64,000 nt of DNA. It comes from a virus. The position numbers and the translations under genes were made by a program. The DNA lies in the IMG/VR virus record IMGVR_UViG_3300044782_000021, positions 1-64,000 of that record, one strand, 5' to 3'. The notes beneath the pieces are model-generated. The model was not told where the DNA came from. It saw nothing but the letters and a program-made list of their open reading frames with translations, and searched no databases. Below are positions 1 through 7,905 of this stretch, one piece after another (the stretch's first letter is position 1; each line of letters starts with the position of its first letter).

Positions 1-1
1 C

Positions 2-250
2 ACCGCCGTCGATCGCGCCGGTGAACGCGATCAGTGGCCCCTTATCGAAGAACTCGCGGGCGCGCGTCGGGCCGACGAGGTCCTCGACGAATGGCATCTG
101 ATCGTCACCGGATCACGGGTCCAGCAGACCCGCAAGGAAATCGCCAAGCGCATGGGCATGAACCCTTCGACCTTGAGCCGTGCCATCTCCCGCGCCCGTG
201 CCCGAGGTGACCGCCGCGCTGTGCACCACTGGCAAAGACTTGACACGTGA
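2..250 (+). CDS. 5'-truncated CDS; C-terminal helix-turn-helix-like DNA-binding region
   Basis: Frame open from window edge to TGA 248-250 with high GC3. Tail ...QQTRKEIAKRMGMNPSTLSRAISRARARG... resembles an HTH. Absent from ORF track only because no start codon lies in the window. Confidence 0.5.
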   Translation, partial: TAVDRAGERDQWPLIEELAGARRADEVLDEWHLIVTGSRVQQTRKEIAKRMGMNPSTLSRAISRARARGDRRAVHHWQRLDT

Positions 251-268
251 CGTGTCGCCTGGTTGGCT
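240..268 (+). promoter_or_regulatory. sigma-A-type promoter, conserved phage promoter family
   Basis: -35 TTGACA 240-245; 17-nt spacer with palindrome GACACGT-G-ACGTGTC; -10 TTGGCT 263-268. Confidence 0.6.
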
Positions 269-296
269 GTGATGGTCCAGTCACCAACGACAGGAG

Positions 297-497
297 TTGA
301 TCGTGAGTTTTCTCGGTCTCGGCCGTGCTGCGCCCGACGCGGCGACCGCGCGCAGCATCCGTGAATCGCAGCGGATTGTCGCGCACGGCCGGCCGGACAC
401 CGGCGTCCGGCCCGTCGAAGACAAGGCCCTGGTTGCGCTGCGGCGCAACCGCAGCACCGGCGCGTGCCGGGGCTTCATCTTCGGCCGCCGGGGCTGA
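297..497 (+). CDS. hypothetical protein
   Basis: ORF track 66 aa (TTG 297 or GTG 303); AGGAG at 292-296; high GC3; first ORF after promoter 240-268. Confidence 0.4.
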   Translation: MIVSFLGLGRAAPDAATARSIRESQRIVAHGRPDTGVRPVEDKALVALRRNRSTGACRGFIFGRRG

Positions 498-605
498 GTC
501 ATAGCCGTGCCGTCCTCGACCTGAACGGATAGGTACCGCCGGCTGCGGTTTTGGCCGGCGGCACCTATCGTCCGAAGCAGTCACCATGTCGACGAGAGGA
601 TCATC

Positions 606-1199
606 ATGGGTTTGATCATGTGGGGTGCGATCGCCTGCGGCACCGCGCTCACCGGCATCGGCACCTGGTACGGCGCGGTCCTGCCCTGGCTGGAACGTGG
701 CGACGGCGACGAGCGCGACGGCGCGGGCAGTGCCGCGCAGCACCACGACCACCAGGCCATGGCCGCCGGTCAAGCCGCCGACGTGATCGCGCTGCGGCCG
801 GCCGCCGACGTCGACCCTAATGAGCTGCGCCGGCAGCGGATCTGGAACAGCCGGTTTGCCGCGCACCTTGCCGACCTAGACCTCGACTGTGCCGCGCTGA
901 TCGTCCGGTCCAACGCCAGCTTCGACGCGATCCTCAAGCCCCTGCGCGCTGTCGCCAGGGTGCCGGTCGCCGCCGGGGTCGACCGCCTTCAGCAAGCGCT
1001 CGACATGACCGACCCGCGCGACGTCCTTGCGTGGGCGGCCTCCAGCCGGCCGGTCAGTGCGCTCTACCCGACCGGCGAGTACCGCACGATCGCTCTTCGT
1101 CCCGCTCCGCGTCCCGCTCCGCGTCCCGCTCCGCGTCCCGCTCCGCGTCCCGCTCTCCGCCCTGCTGTGCCTACCGCTAGAAAGCTGGCCACAAGATGA
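606..1199 (+). CDS. membrane-anchored protein with C-terminal (RPAP)n repeat
   Basis: 197 aa; GAGAGGA RBS before ATG 606; N-terminal hydrophobic helix GLIMWGAIACGTALTGIGTWYGAVL; C-terminal repeat encoded by 12-bp tandem repeat. Confidence 0.6.
   Translation: MGLIMWGAIACGTALTGIGTWYGAVLPWLERGDGDERDGAGSAAQHHDHQAMAAGQAADVIALRPAADVDPNELRRQRIWNSRFAAHLADLDLDCAALIVRSNASFDAILKPLRAVARVPVAAGVDRLQQALDMTDPRDVLAWAASSRPVSALYPTGEYRTIALRPAPRPAPRPAPRPAPRPALRPAVPTARKLATR
1098..1157 (+). repeat. 12-bp tandem repeat CGTCCCGCTCCG x4 plus one imperfect copy (in-frame, encodes RPAP repeats)
   Basis: Unit starts at 1098, 1110, 1122, 1134, 1146, verified by back-translation from stop 1197-1199. Confidence 0.9.
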
Positions 1200-1930
1200 T
1201 CGCCGTAGCGTCCGAATTATCCGAAATCATCGCCGCTCGAATCCAGCGGCTCAACGGCGAGGCGCCGTGTCAATGCGGCGCGACCGCCCTGGAGTGCCGG
1301 TCGGACCGCACGGGCGACCAGTCTGGCCCCGGCTCGTTGTGCTGCTGGGGTGGTATTCCTGGGCACGGTCATGTCGTCGATCGCCGCAAGCTCGCCACGC
1401 TGCACGCCGAGATCGCGGCCGGCACCGTGCGCACTCTCGAAGAGGCCCACCCGGCGCCCGCGCAGGGGCCGCGTCGCGTCACCATGGCGTGGCTGCTGGA
1501 CCAGGGCGAGATCTGGCAGCCGGAGCGCGGGCCTTCGGTGCGGATCGCCGACATGCACATCTGCCACCGGTACCACACGGTGAAGTTCCTGGAACGTCGG
1601 GCTGCCTCGCTCGCGTTTCGGGAGGTGATGGGAATGGCGTCCCTGGCTGGCACGTTCTTCGGACCGTCGGGTGACATGGCGTGCGACGCGTTCGAGCGCG
1701 AGATGGACTGGAAAACGGACAAGCCCCTGGAGTGGCTGCGGTCGACGGAGTTGCACCGGTCGCTGTCCCGCGCACTGCCGCGTGGGGCGAAGAAGCTGCG
1801 CCGACTCGTCGCGCGGGCCGCGCACTGGTCGACGTGTCCGCGTCAAGACGACATCACCGCGCCATGCGGGTGCCCGCCCAGCCATGACCCGATCGCCTCG
1901 TACGCGAGACTGACGAGCGCGGAGAGCTAG
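1196..1930 (+). CDS. hypothetical protein (Cys/His-rich)
   Basis: 244 aa; ATGA start/stop overlap with upstream gene; high GC3. Confidence 0.6.
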   Translation: MIAVASELSEIIAARIQRLNGEAPCQCGATALECRSDRTGDQSGPGSLCCWGGIPGHGHVVDRRKLATLHAEIAAGTVRTLEEAHPAPAQGPRRVTMAWLLDQGEIWQPERGPSVRIADMHICHRYHTVKFLERRAASLAFREVMGMASLAGTFFGPSGDMACDAFEREMDWKTDKPLEWLRSTELHRSLSRALPRGAKKLRRLVARAAHWSTCPRQDDITAPCGCPPSHDPIASYARLTSAES

Positions 1931-1936
1931 GCAATC

Positions 1937-2158
1937 ATGAGGATGGATGAAGTACTTCTCACAGTCACCATTGTCGATGTGGCTCAGGCGGCCCGGGATG
2001 TGTTCGGGACGGCGGCACCCAGCCTGTGTCCGTATGGACCAGAAGAGCACGACTACCGGTTTCAGATCGTGGACGACAACGGTCGGTGCACGTTCGGTAG
2101 GGGCTGGACCGCCGACATGGTGATAGCCAGTTGGAAAGCCAACGGACGACAGGCTTGA
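1937..2158 (+). CDS. hypothetical protein
   Basis: 73 aa ORF; stop lies inside the -35 of the next promoter. Confidence 0.5.
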   Translation: MRMDEVLLTVTIVDVAQAARDVFGTAAPSLCPYGPEEHDYRFQIVDDNGRCTFGRGWTADMVIASWKANGRQA

Positions 2159-2183
2159 CACCTTAGGTGACACGTGGGAGAGT
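2155..2183 (+). promoter_or_regulatory. sigma-A-type promoter, conserved phage promoter family
   Basis: -35 TTGACA 2155-2160; spacer CCTTAGGTGACACGTGG; -10 GAGAGT 2178-2183. Confidence 0.55.
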
Positions 2184-2222
2184 TTCCCTTGTCACCGATC
2201 CTCTCCCACCACGGAGGCAGTC

Positions 2223-2786
2223 ATGGCCCGCAACGCAACCCTTGAGCTGATCCGCTCGACCGGCCGCCCGCCGTTGGGCAGCCAGATCGCCCCCGGCGCC
2301 ATGATCGAGGCCGGTCGCCGGTCCGGTGCGACGTTGCGCACCATCACCGATCGCCCGAGCACCACGCGAGTTGTCAGGCCCGCGCCGGCCGCGCCCCGCC
2401 CAGGGCAGGTCGAGCTGCCCCGGGGCTTCGGGTTCGCGATGGTAGACGCGCTGCTGACGCAGGTGCCGGTCGGCCGGTACGCGCTGCCCCGCGTGGCGCA
2501 GGACGGAAATGACGTCACATTTTTCGAAGTCGTTGCGGGACGCGGCGGGGCGCACATGATCACCACGCTTTCCGGGGCGCCCGGCAACTTCCAAGCATGG
2601 GCGATGAAGCTCCCATTGCAGTACTTCGCTGCGAAGCACCTGCTAGAAAACCTGGTGGCCGCGACCGCGCTATTTGGGCACAAGGCGAAGGTCTGCGGAC
2701 GCTGCAACAGCCCCTTGACTCGCCAGAAGTCGCGCGAGCAAGGCATGGGCGACCACTGCCGTAATGAGCGTGCCGCCGGCCGCTGA
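2223..2786 (+). CDS. hypothetical protein with C-terminal DUF6011-like zinc-ribbon motif
   Basis: 187 aa; GGAGG RBS. C-terminal CGRCNSPLTRQKSREQGMGDHC fits the CxxC..L....S...G.G..C signature as I recall it for DUF6011; needs an HMM check. Confidence 0.6.
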   Translation: MARNATLELIRSTGRPPLGSQIAPGAMIEAGRRSGATLRTITDRPSTTRVVRPAPAAPRPGQVELPRGFGFAMVDALLTQVPVGRYALPRVAQDGNDVTFFEVVAGRGGAHMITTLSGAPGNFQAWAMKLPLQYFAAKHLLENLVAATALFGHKAKVCGRCNSPLTRQKSREQGMGDHCRNERAAGR

Positions 2787-2794
2787 AAAGATGT

Positions 2795-2848
2795 GCCCCG
2801 CCGGGTCAAGCTTGAACCGAAACCCAATGAACAGGCGCCCGGCGGGGC
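2795..2848 (+). repeat. large-loop G/C hairpin with CCAA box (dispersed family member)
   Basis: Arms GCCCCGCCGGG 2795-2805 and CCCGGCGGGGC 2838-2848; 32-nt loop containing GAAACCCAA 9 nt before the 3' arm. Confidence 0.6.
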
Positions 2849-3006
2849 GTACCACAACTGAAAAAGCTTGCCCCGTCGGGCCTTACGGTCGCCGTTACCC
2901 ATCCTGACCGCGCGCGGCGGGGCGCCTACGCCGCCGGCCCTCCGCGCTGCAAACGCCGGGGGGCCGGCGGTCATACTCCCACCACTCACACACCGGAGAC
3001 GGCACG

Positions 3007-3225
3007 ATGCGCACCCAGACCCTTGCCCCACCCCAAGACCCGTGGCGGCACACCGACCCGCGCGGCCTGACCGTCTTCACCTACATGCCCAGCACCGTGC
3101 TCCACCCCGACTTCATCCCAACCATGCCGGTCAGCCGCGCCACCATCAACGCCATCATCGCGGCCGGCGCGCCGGCCCACATCCGTCGCCGCCGCACCTT
3201 CCGCTTCCGGGCCGGCGCCCGGTGA
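3007..3225 (+). CDS. hypothetical protein
   Basis: 72 aa; GGAGA RBS; preferred over the N-terminal half of overlapping ORF 2868..3512, which is P/R/H low-complexity. Confidence 0.5.
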   Translation: MRTQTLAPPQDPWRHTDPRGLTVFTYMPSTVLHPDFIPTMPVSRATINAIIAAGAPAHIRRRRTFRFRAGAR

Positions 3226-3512
3226 GCCGCGACGAGCGGTGTCCGGTCACCGAGATGGACACGGCCGGCTGCGCGCACTGCCGACCGCCGGCCGAACGCG
3301 CCCGACTCGACGCCACCCAGAAGCTGATCGAGGCGCGTGGCGGCGGGGCCACCACCCGCGAAATCGCCGTCGACCCCGATTTTGAGCTCGGTCCCGCCGC
3401 CATCGCGCGGTACAGCGGTGGAAACTGCACCGGTCGCTGCGACTCGCCTATCGTGGTCGGCGACACCATCCGACTCACCGGCCGGGGCTGGGCGCATGAC
3501 ACCTGCACCTGA
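3222..3512 (+). CDS. hypothetical Cys-rich protein
   Basis: 96 aa from GTG 3222 (GTGA overlap with upstream stop), in frame of ORF 2868..3512; CPVTEMDTAGCAHC ... CTGRC ... HDTC. Confidence 0.5.
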   Translation: MSRDERCPVTEMDTAGCAHCRPPAERARLDATQKLIEARGGGATTREIAVDPDFELGPAAIARYSGGNCTGRCDSPIVVGDTIRLTGRGWAHDTCT

Positions 3513-3600
3513 ACCCTTTACGTGACACATAACTTGACGTGACGCGGACGTCGGTGCTTCACTGACCGTCGTCTTTCGAATCCACCACCGAGAGGGAACA

Positions 3601-3741
3601 ATGATCATCCACGCAATTCTGGCCAGCGACGCATCCGCAAAATGGTCCGACGGGGAGACCGTCGTCGGCGTCGTGGTCGTTGCGGCCATCGTGATCATGC
3701 TGTTCGTCTGGTCGTTGGCCAGCGGCAAGAAGAAGAAGTAG
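3601..3741 (+). CDS. small single-TM membrane protein
   Basis: 46 aa, below ORF-track cutoff; GAGAGGGA RBS; hydrophobic core VVGVVVVAAIVIMLFVW then KKKK tail. Confidence 0.45.
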   Translation: MIIHAILASDASAKWSDGETVVGVVVVAAIVIMLFVWSLASGKKKK

Positions 3742-3743
3742 CC

Positions 3744-4478
3744 GTGGATCGGGGCACGCTTCAGATCGTCGTCGGCGACGCCGCCGGGGTCCGGGTCATC
3801 GCCGAGCACCTTGCCACCAGCGAGGTCACGGGCAGCGGCGGCCTTCGGGATGGTCTGGCCATCTGCTACGGCCGACTGCCGGCCGCCGCGACCGTCAACC
3901 CGGATGCCAACCTGGCGATCATCGGTCATTTCAGCTCCATCGAGATCGCCGACCAGGTCGAGCAGGTCGAAGCGCACTGCTACCCGGTGCGGCACCGGCT
4001 CACCCTGGGCCGGTCGGGAACCTACACGTTTGGCGAGGCCGGGGACGTGCGAGCCAACGCCCGCGACGTGCTCCGCGCGGATGGCATCGTCCTCGTTGAG
4101 GGCGCCACTGTGGTCAAGGACGCCGACGATCGTGATTTCGCCATGACGGCCGCCGAGCTGTTGCACATGCTTGACATGCCGGCCTGGTCCGAGTGCATCG
4201 GCGAGCTATGCATATTCGTCGCCGTTGATATCCAGCCCGGCTGGGATGTCCCCGCCCTGGTCGCCGCCGCCGAAAAGCTTGTGCGAGCAAACGGCGGGCC
4301 GGCGGCGCCGATCCATCTGGCGCTGGTCGGCGTCGAGCACGTCATCCCCGAATACGCCGGACAGGACGCGCTGCTCAGGGTTGACACGGCGCTGGGTGGC
4401 CTGATCGAACGGCTCGACAAGTTCGGTGAGGTGCTGCTGCTCGGGACCTCGGCAGCTACCATGATCGACCTGAGGTAG
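3744..4478 (+). CDS. hypothetical protein
   Basis: 244 aa from GTG 3744 in frame of ORF 3642..4478 (the upstream part is poly-R and overlaps the 3601 gene); high GC3. Confidence 0.5.
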   Translation: MDRGTLQIVVGDAAGVRVIAEHLATSEVTGSGGLRDGLAICYGRLPAAATVNPDANLAIIGHFSSIEIADQVEQVEAHCYPVRHRLTLGRSGTYTFGEAGDVRANARDVLRADGIVLVEGATVVKDADDRDFAMTAAELLHMLDMPAWSECIGELCIFVAVDIQPGWDVPALVAAAEKLVRANGGPAAPIHLALVGVEHVIPEYAGQDALLRVDTALGGLIERLDKFGEVLLLGTSAATMIDLR

Positions 4479-4490
4479 TGGCCGTGAACT

Positions 4491-4552
4491 TCGATGCCCG
4501 TTCGGCCATGCATGTCGCAAAATCCAAACGCCGCCCGTCGAACGGGCATCGA
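4491..4552 (+). repeat. large-loop hairpin with CCAA box (dispersed family member)
   Basis: 14-bp arms TCGATGCCCGTTCG 4491-4504 and CGAACGGGCATCGA 4539-4552; 34-nt loop with AAAATCCAAA. Confidence 0.55.
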
Positions 4553-4591
4553 TTCACCGCAAAACCCCCATATGAGAGGAATACCCCGGAA

Positions 4592-5767
4592 ATGAACAGA
4601 ATCACTCGCCGGGCCATCGGCGGCGCGATCGCGCTGACCCTCGGCACTGCCTATGGCGCGACGCTCGGCGGCGGTCCCGCCGGAGCCGAGCCGCTACCGG
4701 ACTGCAAGACGGTGACGACCAACATCGTCGATCGGCCCGACAACGGGCACGGCACCGGCAACCCGGGCGCCGGCCTCACCGGCTACTGGGCAGATGTGAC
4801 CGGCACTCGAACCGTGAAGGTCTGCGTCGTCGTGCCGCAGGTCGCGGCGCTCGTCGCGGTGGACGGCGCCACCTACACGGCCACCGTGGTCGACTCGGGC
4901 ACGCTCGTCACGCGTGGCGGTGACATGCTGTCCCCGAACAAGGGTGTCAAGCTCCTGGCCGGGCTAAAGGGCACCTGGAACGGCGGCTTTGAGGCGACGT
5001 ACACCGCACCGGCTCCGACCTCCCCCGGCGTATGGCCGAACTGGACCCCGGAGAACATCCCGGCGACCGTGACCGGCGACCCGCGCACCTCTGACGTCGA
5101 CAGCAACCCGACCAACGGTAGTTGGCTGCAAGCGCTCTACACGGGCACCAAGCTGATCAGCGACAACCTCACCTCCGCGTACTCCTGGACGTACACCACA
5201 TGCAATGAGCAGTGGATCGACGCCGAGGACAACAAGGATGGTCAAGGCGAGGGTGCGGGTGACATCACGGGCCTGTCGGCGAACGCCGGCAGGTGCCTCG
5301 ATGTCGACGTGATCGTGCGCTGTGACGGCAAGGTCGACATCAAGATCACAAACCACCTGATTGCCGGCGTCAAGGTGCGGATCAATGGCGTGGACAAGAT
5401 CCTCACCTACGGCCTGAACGTGTTCCCCGGCGTCACGACCACCGACGGTTGGGTACGGGTCAAGTTCGGGGACAAGGTCATCAAAGAGTTGCGTTGCATC
5501 AAGCCTCCGAACTGCCCGACGCCGACCCCGACGCCCACCGCGACGGCGAGCCCGACCCCGACGGCTTCGACCTCCCCGACGGCGAGCGCATCACCGTCGA
5601 CCATCGTGATCGTGCCCATCAACAACACCGGCGGCAGCCGGCTGGCGCAGACCGGCTCGCCTATCAAAACCATCGTCGGCGGTGGCGTGCTGCTGCTGCT
5701 CGGCGGTGCCGTACTGCTCGTGCTCGGCCTGCGTCGAAACCGACGCGCCGCGCTCAGCGCGGAGTGA
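4592..5767 (+). CDS. secreted, sortase-anchored cell-wall surface protein (LAQTG sorting signal)
   Basis: 391 aa from ATG 4592 (GAGAGGA RBS); signal peptide MNRITRRAIGGAIALTLGTAYG; PTPTPTPTATASPTPTAS linker; C-terminal LAQTG + hydrophobic helix + RRNRR. Confidence 0.75.
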   Translation: MNRITRRAIGGAIALTLGTAYGATLGGGPAGAEPLPDCKTVTTNIVDRPDNGHGTGNPGAGLTGYWADVTGTRTVKVCVVVPQVAALVAVDGATYTATVVDSGTLVTRGGDMLSPNKGVKLLAGLKGTWNGGFEATYTAPAPTSPGVWPNWTPENIPATVTGDPRTSDVDSNPTNGSWLQALYTGTKLISDNLTSAYSWTYTTCNEQWIDAEDNKDGQGEGAGDITGLSANAGRCLDVDVIVRCDGKVDIKITNHLIAGVKVRINGVDKILTYGLNVFPGVTTTDGWVRVKFGDKVIKELRCIKPPNCPTPTPTPTATASPTPTASTSPTASASPSTIVIVPINNTGGSRLAQTGSPIKTIVGGGVLLLLGGAVLLVLGLRRNRRAALSAE

Positions 5768-5772
5768 ACACG

Positions 5773-5805
5773 CGCCCCGGAGGTGGCTTCCCCGCCTCCG
5801 GGGCG
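5773..5805 (+). terminator. intrinsic-terminator-like hairpin
   Basis: 11-bp arms CGCCCCGGAGG / CCTCCGGGGCG with 11-nt loop, 6 nt after the stop of the LAQTG gene. Confidence 0.65.
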
Positions 5806-5811
5806 CACCTG

Positions 5812-5883
5812 TCCCCCGTAGCTCAACGGCAGAGCAGCCGACGTACGCGGTCGAGGTCGCGGGTTCAACTCCCGCCGGGGGAC
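5812..5883 (+). tRNA. tRNA, probably Arg (ACG), with irregular anticodon arm
   Basis: Acceptor TCCCCCG/CGGGGGA 7 bp; T8 A9; D arm GCTC-AACGGCA-GAGC; T arm GCGGG-TTCAACT-CCCGC. The anticodon stem is only 4 bp (CGAC/GTCG) and shifted by 1-2 nt. Loop is GTACGCG (U33 then ACG, pyrimidine at 37). No encoded CCA. Confidence 0.7.
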
Positions 5884-5931
5884 CTATCATTTCCACCAAC
5901 ACCGCAATCACAACAACCCCCGGGGTCCCCC

Positions 5932-6279
5932 ATGTCCAAAAACGATCACCCCATGCCGACCCGATTCGAGATCAACCAGCCTGGCCATCTCGGCAGGCCC
6001 CGCGCCGACGAGGCTGCGCCGACCGAAATCGTTCAGCGTCATCCGGTCGGCGTTCGCCGCCGGCCGCGCGCCGAGCATGGCCAGCGTGAGCGGTCCCAGG
6101 ACCGGCACGAGGCCCGGATGCGCGGCTACACCGAAGCGATGCGGATCATCCAGGTGCTCTTCGTCTTCGTCTGCGTGGTGGTGATAGCGGTTGGCGCCAT
6201 GGTCGCCTGGGCGGCGCTGTCCAACCGGATTCAGTGGACGGTACCGGTTCCGGCGGTCTCGATTCCGGCGCCCCGCTGA
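5932..6279 (+). CDS. membrane protein (C-terminal TM helix)
   Basis: 115 aa from ATG 5932 in frame of ORF 5449..6279 (the upstream part overlaps the LAQTG gene and the tRNA); IIQVLFVFVCVVVIAVGAMVAWAAL. Confidence 0.5.
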   Translation: MSKNDHPMPTRFEINQPGHLGRPRADEAAPTEIVQRHPVGVRRRPRAEHGQRERSQDRHEARMRGYTEAMRIIQVLFVFVCVVVIAVGAMVAWAALSNRIQWTVPVPAVSIPAPR

Positions 6280-6280
6280 C

Positions 6281-6309
6281 TTGACACGTTAGGTGTCACG
6301 CGATAGGGT
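6281..6309 (+). promoter_or_regulatory. sigma-A-type promoter, conserved phage promoter family
   Basis: -35 TTGACA 6281-6286; spacer inverted repeat TGACAC-N5-GTGTCA; -10 TAGGGT 6304-6309. Confidence 0.65.
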
Positions 6310-6338
6310 GGGGGCTCCACTACGAGAAAGGCCCCGAC

Positions 6339-6800
6339 ATGCGTAGCTACCAGCCCGGTGACACCGTCAACATCAGCGGCACCATCATCATGCTTGGCGT
6401 CCGACGCCATGTCACCGGCCTCCGGTGGACGTGGACGACCGAGGGCATCGACCTCGCGAGCGCTGACTTCGCCACCGCTCAGCGGGCGATCGATGACGCG
6501 GCCCAGATCCTTCAGGCGCCGAAGAACAAGGAACTGAACCGAATGAACGAGACCCCCGCCAAGGTGTACATGCAGATCCACCGCACCGAGGTGACGCCGA
6601 GCCCCGGCTTCGACCTTCCCATCCCAGGTCGATGGGTCTACGACCGGGCCACGCAGCTCGTCACCGACCCGGATGGCGGACGCTGGACTTTCACCCAGCA
6701 CACCGTTCAGTTTCTTGGTGAGGATATTGGCTGGCAGTCCGTCGGCGCCGCAACGCCCGTAGAAATCGTGCGGGATCAGAGCAAGGACCTGAACCGATGA
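6339..6800 (+). CDS. hypothetical protein
   Basis: 153 aa; GAGAAAGG RBS; first gene after promoter 6281. Confidence 0.65.
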   Translation: MRSYQPGDTVNISGTIIMLGVRRHVTGLRWTWTTEGIDLASADFATAQRAIDDAAQILQAPKNKELNRMNETPAKVYMQIHRTEVTPSPGFDLPIPGRWVYDRATQLVTDPDGGRWTFTQHTVQFLGEDIGWQSVGAATPVEIVRDQSKDLNR

Positions 6801-7321
6801 AGCGCGCAGATCTCAAGCCCGGCCTGGCCGTCTACTACGTCGGCGGCTCGTACGATTGGGACAACTTCAGAGAAAACATCGACGATGCCCGCTGGACCGT
6901 GGCCGATGACAAGCGGTACACCAGGTCGCAGACTTGGGGTCGCGACGCCATCGAGTCCGCTACCGGCACCCTGGTGAAGATCTCCCGGCCCCGCGACCTT
7001 GCCGGGGGTGCTCCTGGTGGCACCTACGAGCGATACGTCAGCCTTGGCAAACTCCGGGGCCTGTATGACGAGATCGCACCGCAGCGCCGCGAGGCCAAAG
7101 CCAAGCATGACGCTGCGGTACGCGAGCGCGATGACCTCCGTAAAGCTCATCGTGACCGGCGCCGCGCGCTGATGTGCATATCGACCGATGCCGGTTTCCC
7201 GGCGTACATGAGCAACGACCCCAAGTTCGTCAAAATCGATGTGGAGGTGTTCGCACGGCTGCTCGACGCCGCCGGCCTCACCGTCCCCCTCGGTCCTCCG
7301 TCTGCACCCGAGAAAGGCTGA
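6797..7321 (+). CDS. hypothetical protein
   Basis: 174 aa; ATGA overlap with upstream gene. Confidence 0.65.
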   Translation: MKRADLKPGLAVYYVGGSYDWDNFRENIDDARWTVADDKRYTRSQTWGRDAIESATGTLVKISRPRDLAGGAPGGTYERYVSLGKLRGLYDEIAPQRREAKAKHDAAVRERDDLRKAHRDRRRALMCISTDAGFPAYMSNDPKFVKIDVEVFARLLDAAGLTVPLGPPSAPEKG

Positions 7322-7326
7322 CCCCC

Positions 7327-7905
7327 GTGCCCACGCCCACCACCGCCACGGACGACTACGCCGACCTGCCTGAGTGGATTCGGCCCAGCGCCAAGCTGGC
7401 CCGACTCGATCACAACCGGGTCACCTTCGTGACCGTCACCAAGATCACGCGCACGCAGATCATCACTGAGTACAAGGATGAGACCTACGGCTCCGTGTAC
7501 CGCTTCGACCGCGTCGGCGTTGAGCCGGGCTGGTACGAGAAGAAGGAAAACCCGAACGCGCCGCTGACCTACCGCCAGCGCGGCGACCACTCGGTGAAGC
7601 TGGTCCGTCGGGATGAGCCCCTCGTCATTGAAATCGTGCGCGACCAGCGGATTCGATCGGCGGTCCTCACGGCGCTCGGCGTCGCCGAGCGCAGCAGGAA
7701 GCGGTGGGGCAACCCGAACGCCGATGAGGAGTCGCTTGACCTGAACGTGCGAGCGCTGATCGTGCTCGACGAGGTCGAGACCGCGATCACCGAGGCGAAG
7801 CGGCTGATCATGCGGGCGATGGTCGACCTGCCCACGCCGGCCAACTCCATCATCGGCGCGGCTGACCATCAGGATTTGCGAGCGATGGAAAGTGAGGGGG
7901 AATGA
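7327..7905 (+). CDS. hypothetical protein (C-terminal GAADHQ motif)
   Basis: 192 aa from GTG 7327 (GAGAAAGG RBS) in frame of ORF 7174..7905. Confidence 0.6.
   Translation: MPTPTTATDDYADLPEWIRPSAKLARLDHNRVTFVTVTKITRTQIITEYKDETYGSVYRFDRVGVEPGWYEKKENPNAPLTYRQRGDHSVKLVRRDEPLVIEIVRDQRIRSAVLTALGVAERSRKRWGNPNADEESLDLNVRALIVLDEVETAITEAKRLIMRAMVDLPTPANSIIGAADHQDLRAMESEGE

Noticed and set aside
2868-3221. N-terminal half of 214-aa ORF 2868..3512
   Set aside because: It is P/R/H-rich low-complexity sequence overlapping the hairpin repeats and the better-supported 3007..3225 gene. Only the part from GTG 3222 looks protein-like.
3517-3563. Promoter-family member upstream of gene 3601 (TTTACGTGACACATAACTTGACGTGACGC)
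   Set aside because: It contains GTGAC words and a TTGACG, but no acceptable -10 hexamer at 17-18 nt (CTTCAC/TTCACT). It is left unannotated.
4171-4386. Intragenic TTGACA hexamers (4171, 4381; also 16644 and 25672) as promoters
   Set aside because: There is no TANNNT -10 at 16-19 nt spacing and no GTGACA spacer box.
5449-5931. Upstream part of 276-aa ORF 5449..6279
   Set aside because: It overlaps the LAQTG gene in another frame, plus the terminator and the tRNA. Only the segment from ATG 5932 is plausible.
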